A stretch of DNA of 63,503 nt, counting the filler, from Choristocarpus tenellus KU-1152 (Eukaryota; Protista; Phaeophyceae), in NCBI GenBank assembly GCA_964200185.2. It is 13 parts of 13 records of this genome, joined end to end, with 100 filler letters (N's around TTAATTAATTAA, not from the genome) between each part and the next. Parts side by side here need not be neighbours in the genome. Positions count along the whole stretch, not along the records: positions 55,453 to 58,699 come from CAXNAD020021286.1; positions 58,800 to 63,503 come from CAXNAD020013400.1; 11 more parts are not named here. The stretch is one strand, 5' to 3'. Shown here in pieces: positions 55,560-63,503 of the stretch. Both the position numbers and the translations under genes were made by a program. How positions within the stretch are numbered: the stretch's first letter is position 1; each line of letters starts with the position of its first letter. Under the pieces are notes generated by a model that worked only from the letters and a program-made list of their open reading frames with translations, was not told the origin of the DNA and did no database searches.

Positions 55560-58500
55560 GCTACCTACCACCACATCCACGTCTACCTTGGGGGGTCCAT
55601 ACTCCAAGTGTAGCATCTGCCCTTGACCAAGTCCAGATGGAGACCCTGGAGCGGGTAAACATCACCACGGTGAAGAAGATCCCAGGCAGGCTTCGCACCG
55701 CCCATGCAATCGCCCTCGTGCACACAGTGGATCTCCTGACACACGAGGTGACTGCCCCAAGGCTGGAAGGGGGGACACTAACATTAGGGGCCATCAGAGC
55801 ATCCAAGCTTTTCCACATGGTCTCAGGCCTCTTACTGGCAAATAATGGAAAGTTCTCGAGGGAGGAAAGGTTTGCCCCGGTGGCTTCAGGAAACATCCAA
55901 GAGCTAGTCGCATGGCTACTAGAACGATCCCAGAGGATCAACAGACGTAGGGAGGCCCGTGGAGAGGACCCCAAGTCCCGCCAGGAACGTGCTGCAGCTC
56001 TGGGTCACCACCAAGGAGGAATTTCCAAGGGAGCGAGTGTGCTTCTAGCACAACCCAGAGCCCCAGGGACGGAGGAGACTTTCAATATACTGGTCCCTAA
56101 ACACCCGAGTGAGAACCAATATGAGCGTAGGCAGACCATCACGGATGAAAAAGACAGGATACAAGAAAATGCAAGATCTGGGGAACAAAGGTACTACCCC
56201 CCTGAAGGAGTACACCCCCACCTCCCTTCGAAAAGTCTTCATGAGGACTAGCAGCAACTCGGCACCAGGCCCTGACGGGATGTGCCCAAGCCACATCAGG
56301 TCAGCCATCACGACAGATGTTGGTCAACAGGAGGTGGCAGAGGCATTTGCAAACCTATGGTAGCTAGCCTACACCTCCCCGGACTCCCTACCCCTAGAGT
56401 TCTGGACATTCCACACCAACTCCAGACTGTCCACAATCGGGGAGAAGTGTCGCCCAGTTGCCTGTGGGTCTTTTTTTAGGAGGGCATGTGCTTCAGCTTT
56501 CTGCGCAGACTGGCGCCCCTACCTAGAGGAATTTTCGGGGGAGTAGGACAATTCGGCGTCGGGGTCCCAAATGGCATTGAACGTGCACTCCTGGATATCC
56601 GCCTAAGGAATGAGTGTGGAGAATGGGTCATCAGTCTGGTCGGAAGGAATGCTTTCAACAGTGTACGCCGCTCAGCCTTCATCCAGGACCTCCCAGAGAC
56701 CCTACCAGGTCTCCTATCTTATGTCTCCAAGGTGTATGGGAATACAAGGAATCTTCTTTTCCCCCTAGATGAGGGAGGGACGAAGATCCTACCATCGAGA
56801 TCTGGGGTCCAACAGGGAGACCCACTAGGCCCCCTATTATATTGCATGGCAACACACAAAGCCTTGCAAAAAGTAAAATCAGTCTTCGGACCCAAAGGGT
56901 TTCCTCCCGGAGCTATCTGGATGACACATCAATTTCGGCGAGGGGGATCAATCCTATTACCATAGAGCCAAAGTATCTTAGAGGGTAAGGCCGCGTCCAT
57001 TTGGGGGTCAAAATTCAATTTGGCGATTTTCATGTAATTTTGGCTATTGTGTGTGTTAGGAAGTGTAAATATCCATGTTCTGGACACACCGTTTCGTATC
57101 ATATACATTTTACCTACTCCTAAACATTTTGGAGTAGAAACATGTGATGAAAACCCCCAATGAAGCCAAGCCTCAAATGGACAAACAGGGCAAATCTCGT
57201 ACCCTCTAAGATACTTTCACTCATAGCTACTTTTGAGCAGTTAAAAACTAATCTCCGGGAGATAGGCATCAACCTAAACATGGACAAGATCTTTGCCGCA
57301 CCTCCCCAGGGCCACCAACCCACGTCCTCGGAACTAGAGCTCCTTTCCACAGCGGGAATCAACCTAGCCCCGAACCCCAGTGGTTTTGTTACACTAGGGG
57401 CTCCAGTAGGAACATATGCCTTCATTTGAGCTCACATGGGGGAGGTGATAGACAGCTCTGGGACACGAGCTTTAGCCACACACCTAAGCGAGATGGAGGA
57501 CAAGCAGATGATCTGACTCCTCAACTACTGGTCCCTCTCCTCCCGGCTAGGCTATCTTGTAAGGGTCACTCCCCCCCTCCTGGCACGCTCCACCATGAAG
57601 CAAGCAGACAATACCTCCCTGTGGACACTAGAGAGGATAATGGAGATAGCCGATGCGACAGAGGTAACAGATTTCTTTGAGGGAGGATGCAACGATAGGT
57701 CTCTCCACCTAGACACCCACCAAAGCGTACAGGCACAGATTCCTACAAGTGCGGGGGGTCTGGGTCCCTCCTCTATGAAACACCGCCAACATGCAGCTTT
57801 CGTAGGATCACTGGTGGCTACTCTACCCACCCTCCTAGCAAGACACCAAGGGCCTCATGGCGAGTCCTTCTCAAATGTTGTATGTACAAGCCCTACAATA
57901 CAGGCCTTAGGATTGTCCATACACACCCTCCATTATACGGGTGTCCCCTCAGAAGATCTGACTGGAATTATTGGCCAAGACTGGGTAACGTGGGAGGGAA
58001 CAGCACCACCTGTACCTGTCCCAGAGGTCCACACCCTGTCAGCTCATGACGCCAGGATCACAAGGAGGGCTCAACACGAGATCACACGCCTCCTCAACAA
58101 GATCCGCTTCGACTCCTTCAGGACACAACTAGCTGACCTTCCAAATGAGGCACACCAAGGGAGGGAAAGCTCTTCATTAGCCCTAGCGCGCCACCGGAGC
58201 CAGTGTGGACAAGGAGCAAACGCCTGGGCCTCGACGCAACCTCTGGAACCAGCATGCCAGATCCCCCTTCAGGAATTCAAGCTCACAGTCAGCAGATCCC
58301 TAGGGAGAGAGGAGGCCCTATCAAACAGGTGCCCAGTGGCAGGGTGCAGGAGGCAAAATGTCGATACCAGACATGCCCGCACTTGCCCCAGGGCAGGGGG
58401 ACAGGTACGACAACACACCCTTATGGTACAACGCCTAAGCCAACTATGCAAGGGGATCGGCATCCCTTGCACTACGGAGGATGGTAGCCCTTTCACAGTG

Positions 58501-58699
58501 GACAGGAATCTCCGCATGGATCTGGTTTTCCACGCAGGGGCACTACCAGACGCCGGAACAGCTCCCTACTGGGACAATTGTCTTCTGCTGGACGTCACCT
58601 TCGCAGAGGTACAGGCAACCTCTCACCTCACTCACTCATCCACCAGCAATGGTGTAGCTGCTGCTGCAGCTGAGGCGCGAAAGAGCACCCACTACGAGG
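55560..58699 (+). mobile_element. Decayed non-LTR retrotransposon, RT + zinc finger + restriction-like endonuclease (CRE-clade-like)
   Basis: SAPGPDG, RPVACG, QFGVGVPNGIE, NAFNSVRR, SGVQQGDPLGPLLYC, SYLDD (frameshifted, ~56912), GGLG, CPVAGC..HARTC..RQH and RMDL..LLDVT..E.RK..Y. Several frameshifts and a MITE insertion. Confidence 0.9.
56965..57222 (+). mobile_element. Complete MITE, subfamily B (258 bp), inserted in the RT of the non-LTR element
   Basis: GAGCCAAAGTATCTTAGAGGGTA ... TACCCTCTAAGATACTTTCACTC with an ATA(G) duplication. Removing it restores ..INPITIATFEQ.. Confidence 0.93.
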
Positions 58700-58799
58700 N
58701 NNNNNNNNNNNNNNNNNNNNNNNNNNNNNNNNNNNNNNNNNNNTTAATTAATTAANNNNNNNNNNNNNNNNNNNNNNNNNNNNNNNNNNNNNNNNNNNN

Positions 58800-58920
58800 A
58801 CACATTTTACCTACTCCTATGCATTTTGGAGTGGGAAAATATCATAAAAATGAACACAGGAAGCCCACCCCCAAATGGACAAACAGGGCAAAACTCGTAC
58901 CCTCTAAGATACTTTCAGTC
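58800..58920 (+). mobile_element. MITE subfamily B, right half
   Basis: Colinear with 57105-57222 and ends taccctctaagatactttcagtc. Confidence 0.88.
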
Positions 58921-60487
58921 TTTGCGAATGGGGGGGGGGGAGCTTGATGCCGACTCTCGTTCTGAGGACGAGCTCTCTCATCTTAAAGCAGGTGATCCAC
59001 CATTAGATGTACGATCTGTTTGTTCATCTCGCTCCTCCACTTTATCCCCATCTGACAACTCTTCCTGTAGCGACGGAAGTGAGGACAGGTTTGTTCTAGG
59101 TGAGAGGCCGTCCTTTGGTAACAAAGGAGACAGTCTGACTAATGATCCTCCCCATGGTCAAGGGAGTGTAGGTGAGATTGTCAAGGATCTTGTTGTTGAC
59201 CCTTCCCCTGGTGATGGGGAGGTAGCTCAGGTTGACATGAGCCTGTCCAGAGACACTACCCGAGATGGTGAAGGGAGGTTTAGGATATGTCTCATCCTTG
59301 AGTTCACAGCACCTGCCTGAGGCAAGTGCTGACCCAATGGCTGCCCGTACTGCAGCTCGCCAGCTGGAAGACTTTCTTCCTAACCCAGTCCGTGAATCTT
59401 GCGTTGAGTTGGGTAGGACTAGAGAAAAAATGCGTGCCAGAGTTGAAAGGAGTGGAGGTGCTGGGGACATGATGTCTCTCGTAGCTAGTGTAGAGTGGAA
59501 ATATGTTGCTTTTTCCTTGGTTGTACAGCCCACAACTTAGTCTGTGTTGATGAGTACCCCCCTGCATGGTCGTCTTGTTTCTGAATTGGGACCAGCCCCT
59601 CAATCTTATGCTGACCCGCAAAAAGTCTGAATACTTGGCCGGTTTGGGAAGAGGCCATGTCTAAGGAGTTCGATGGTTTGTTGGATACAGGTACCTTCAT
59701 TGCTACAGATGTACCTCTAGGTCGTAAGGCCATTGTTTCCAAGTGGGTGTTCAAGTGGAAGATTGACCCTTTTGGAATGTAAGGGGCTAAGGCTAGGCTA
59801 GTTGCTCAGGGTTTTGGCCAGGATTATGGTCTTGATTACTTCGATACCTTTGCCCCCACTCCTTTCCCCTCATCAGTTAGACTGATGGCCAGTATGGAAT
59901 GTGAGTTGGACTTGATATTTTGGCACCTAGATGTGGAGCAGGNNNNNNNNNNAGGCATTTGTTCAATCTGACTTGGATGAGGAGGTGTACATGCGTTTAC
60001 GACAAGGATGTGGAGATCTCTCCTAAACCACTTTACGCCTTCAAAGATCCCTGTATGGTTTAATGCAAGCCTCTAGGACCTGGAATACCAAGCTGGTTTC
60101 CACCCTCTAGTGGAATAGCTTTGAGTAGTGTCTGATTGACCCGTGTGTTTTTAGACTCAGGAGCAATGGAATTGTCAAGATGATGCTTGCCGTTCACATG
60201 TAGATGATGTTATTGCAATGATCGTTGTGCCTCCTTGAATACAGAGCTCCCCACCAAGAACCTTGGCACATTGTCTCAGTTTTCTGATTGGACTTACACA
60301 AGAAAGAGATTGGAAGCGTGGTACCCTCTCCATTACCCAGACTAACGACATTGACAACTTGTATGAACGTTTTTCCACCCAATCAACCACTCCCATCCCT
60401 GCAGCCCATTTCAGAAGCTTGGAATTAGGGAGGGGGACAATATCTCAAAGGATTGTCCCTTTCTAGAGGTGGTTAGGGGGTTGATGT

Positions 60488-60748
60488 GAGTCAAAGTATC
60501 TTAGAGGGTAGAGCCGCATCCATTTGGATGCCAAAATCCAATGTTGCAATTTTGCTGTAATTTTGGCTATATCATGTTTGTTAGGGGATGTCAATATCCT
60601 TGTTCCGGACACACCTTTTTATAACGTACGCATATTACATACTCCGAAACATTTTGGAGCAGGTAAAATGTCATTAAATACCCATGGGAAGCCAAGCCCC
60701 AAATGGACAAGCAGGGAAAACCTCGTACCCTCTAAGATACTTTTACTC
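60488..60748 (+). mobile_element. Complete MITE, subfamily B (261 bp), inserted in copia pol
   Basis: GAGTCAAAGTATCTTAGAGGGTA ... TACCCTCTAAGATACTTTTACTC with a TGT(G) duplication. Removing it restores GLMWVSNMTRPD. Confidence 0.93.
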
Positions 60749-61517
60749 TGTGGGTCAGCAACATGACTAGACCAGATGTGGCTAATGCAGTAAGAGCTGT
60801 TGCCTGTCATCCGCATGCTCCGAGCCAATTACATTGGAGAGCTGTGAACCACATCCTCAAGTACCTCAAAGGTACACGACAGGTGGGCCTAACCTACCGG
60901 AAAGGCACGGGAGTGGATTTGATGACCTACGCTGATGCGGATTTTGCCAATGAGACTTTTGACAGACGTTCTATATCGTGGGGGGCAGTGATGTGTGGGG
61001 GAGCAGCAGTTGCTTGGTTTTCTAGGAACCACCAAACAACCAACGTGTCATATAGCACAGTCGATTGCAGAGGCAGAATACATAGCTATGGGGGACTGTG
61101 TGAAGGAGTTGTTTCAGCGAGGTGTGTTGGAGTTATTACAACCTGGTAGGGCTGGATCGTGTTATGTAGTGTATGAGGACTCAACACAGGAGCCATCCAT
61201 TGGGCTTACCCTTTGAGTTCTGGTAGGACTAAGCACATAGACGTGCAACATCACTTCGTAAGGGACTTAGTAGCAAACGGACAAATAAGGATTGTTCATG
61301 TTATCTCAGATGAGCAGCATGCAGATGTGTTGACTAAGCCTCTAGGAGAAGAATTTTTTTGGAGGCATGCAGGGACTTTGCTGAATTTAGACTATGTTTA
61401 GTGGTTTGTTTCTTCCTGAATTTTGAATTCCTTGTGTCCGTTTGGTTTTTCATCTTTCGTGAGTTTAGTAACTAGTTATGTGTAGTGACCCCTCAGAGTT
61501 ATTTGAGTTAGAGAGGG

Positions 61518-61777
61518 TGTTCGAATAGACTCCTCCAACTGTAACGGATATCAGTAGTAGTATACATGCAGAGTGAATACAAGAATTATTAGTTGGTTAG
61601 TCCATAATTGTTCTTATATCCGAACGGATAAATAGGAATTGGTTCCATTATGCATGGTGTTTTGGGGTTGTTGGTCGCCCTCTTTGGTAATTGGTAATAA
61701 TCACTCTACAGACATCAGGCAATCTCCCTGTGTTTATCACTCTTATTATTTTTCATGACGTGGCCGATACTTCAACA
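61518..61777 (+). repeat. Putative 3' LTR of the copia element (260 bp)
   Basis: Polypurine tract agagaggg (61510-61517) followed by TGTTCGAA ... TTCAACA. The partner LTR is not in the window. Confidence 0.7.
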
Positions 61778-62399
61778 TAAAATACCTTTGACTCGGCAAT
61801 TGCAACAAGATAGGGCGGTTTGTGTGTGTGTGGTGAAGGAGGAAAATTTAGTGCTCTATTGTATCGTGGACGTGAACTTCGTACGTTACACATCATCCCA
61901 TTGGATTGAACAGCAAACAGTAACATTGATCTTCTCATCATCATTCTCAAAGATGATGTATGCCTACTAAATTCCAAATATCAATTGTGTCGTGAGGCAG
62001 TTTCAATCAGTCGTGGGGGGTGCTTAGTAATCACCAGTTATGTCTATGTCAAGGGAGGTTTTCCTTCACCAAAATCCAAAGCGGTCACAAATCATAAAAT
62101 GCTGGGATGATGCCCGAGTTGAACGTCGGATCCGATGGCCGATGTTACACCCTTGTGAACCCCAACACTAAGTGGTCGGGGAACTTCTCTGTGTTTGATG
62201 ATGATGTGGACGTTCCAGGTGACAAAGAAATGCGTGCAATATTATTTATGTATACACGCAGAAATTGACTGAACTGAGATGACCTTTTAACGAGACCTGT
62301 TTGTCACAACTGTTTAAATGTCATGTATCTGCAAAAACAAGAGTAAACAGGATGTCTTATGGTGGGCAATGCCAGTGAAGTAAAAAATAAGAATCAACA

Positions 62400-63441
62400 C
62401 AACATGCTATGCAACTGATAACTTGTATGAAAAAGGAGTAACACAGGAAGAAAAAAGAAGCCGAAGCTTGAATCCGTATCTAACGTATCTACCGTGACAT
62501 ATAGTATGCCTGTATGAGTGATGGTTAGCGACTGTTCCAATACTTCCTATATACTGTGATCTTCCGAGTGAGTTGTGATGATGAGCTAATGACCTAATGA
62601 TGTAATTGGGAATAGCGATCAATGCAATGGACAAATCAACGTTCAGTATAGAATGACGATGCTATATCGTATCAAAGCAAATCGAATGAGTAGCCTGTTT
62701 CAACAAGAGGTATCTCAGTATACCATCCTGAACGCCTCAAAACCATGCAGCATACTGTACTTGATCCCTTACCGGGGGTTCTTTTTATTTACCACTATGA
62801 AAACAACACAGCACTCTCGATTTGAACAAATTCAACATTGCCTCCTACTGCGTCCTCGCGAATCATCACCCGCAGATCTCTCTCCACTTGCTCCAAACCA
62901 TATTTTGCTATTCCTCTTCCAGCTTCAATGCCACCTACCGTATTTTCTTCCCTTGAATCGAAAGACTTATCCAAGCTTTCGCCATCAACTACTCCAATTC
63001 ATCATCCTGGGCTTTCCCAAGGTCAACCACTTCCGCAATATTTGACCGTAACATAAAATGTTCATGTCCTTCTACTGTCCAAGCTCTGTTGTTCATAGGA
63101 ATCTCTGCTTCATCTCCTTCCTCTTTGCCTTTTCCTATCAACACCAATTTGCTTGGGCCTCCCACGTCATTTGCTACTCTCTCAACCATTTTTTTTACTT
63201 CTGAGGGAGGACTGAAAATGTTCTCTTCCCGATCCACCTCTACCTCGTCGACGCCGCCTTGGATAGCCTCCCAGTTCCTTTCCTTGGGCACTGATTTCTT
63301 GTCAAAGTCCTCCTTCTCTGCAAAGGACCGTTGTGTCTCCTGTGACTCCTTTTCATCCCTCTTTCCTCCCCCTTCTATCCCTCCTTCACCTTGTTGCCGA
63401 TCCCCTCCTCTTTCATCTACTGAACATCCTGCTCCACGCAA
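62400..63441 (-). pseudogene. Decayed intronless coding relic with an acidic low-complexity region, probably TE-derived
   Basis: ORF 62989-63441 (E/D/G-rich) continues through stops and frameshifts downstream. Family not established. Confidence 0.35.
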
Positions 63442-63450
63442 GGCCCCACT

Positions 63451-63503
63451 GAGTGAAACTATCTTAGAGGGTACGATTTTTTCCCTGTTTGTCCATTTGT
63501 GGG
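63451..63503 (-). mobile_element. MITE subfamily B, right end in reverse orientation
   Basis: gagtgaaactatcttagagggtacga...cctgtttgtccatttg is the reverse complement of the 57170-57222 end. Confidence 0.88.

Larger units (their letters stand above)
58921..61777 (+). mobile_element. Decayed Ty1/copia LTR retrotransposon (3' part: RT, RNase H, PPT, 3' LTR)
   Basis: WEEAMSKEFDGL..SKWVFKWK..KARLVAQGF.Q..G.DY..TFAP, HLDVEQAF, SLYGLMQASRTW, HVDD, TRPDVANAV, YADADFA..DRRS, EAEYIA, RTKHIDVQHHFVRD and ADVLTKPL (to 61401), with stops and frameshifts. Confidence 0.95.

Overview
Eukaryotic nuclear DNA, most likely a brown alga or close stramenopile relative. This is inferred from the intron-rich genes with mostly 0.1-2.5 kb GT-AG introns and from the gene families present. 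The window is a pseudomolecule of about 13 contigs joined by an artificial 100-nt linker (N44-TTAATTAATTAA-N44), so adjacency across linkers is not evidence of linkage. Manual splicing recovers partial host genes: a large Cys-rich ectodomain/multipass membrane protein, eRF3 (C-terminus), a cellular RNA-dependent RNA polymerase, an anoctamin/TMEM16, S-adenosylhomocysteine hydrolase, a TPR protein, an RCC1-repeat protein and a TRF4/PAPD-like nucleotidyltransferase. Mobile DNA includes a decayed mariner, a CRE-like RLE non-LTR retrotransposon, a Ty1/copia with its 3' LTR, and an abundant MITE family (G-NNN-CAAAGTATCT termini, at least 13 ends or copies) inserted into the other elements. The most unexpected signal is a frameshifted, AT-rich, bacterial-type amino-acid adenylation (NRPS/DltA-like) gene relic inside a host intron (about 14.6-15.5 kb). 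Also notable are an intronless NGQHR (ParB/DGQHR-like) pseudogene block, a second AT-rich foreign-looking ORF and three candidate GC-AG introns. I found no intact novel multi-gene system. All calls are from manual reading and translation, with no database searches.
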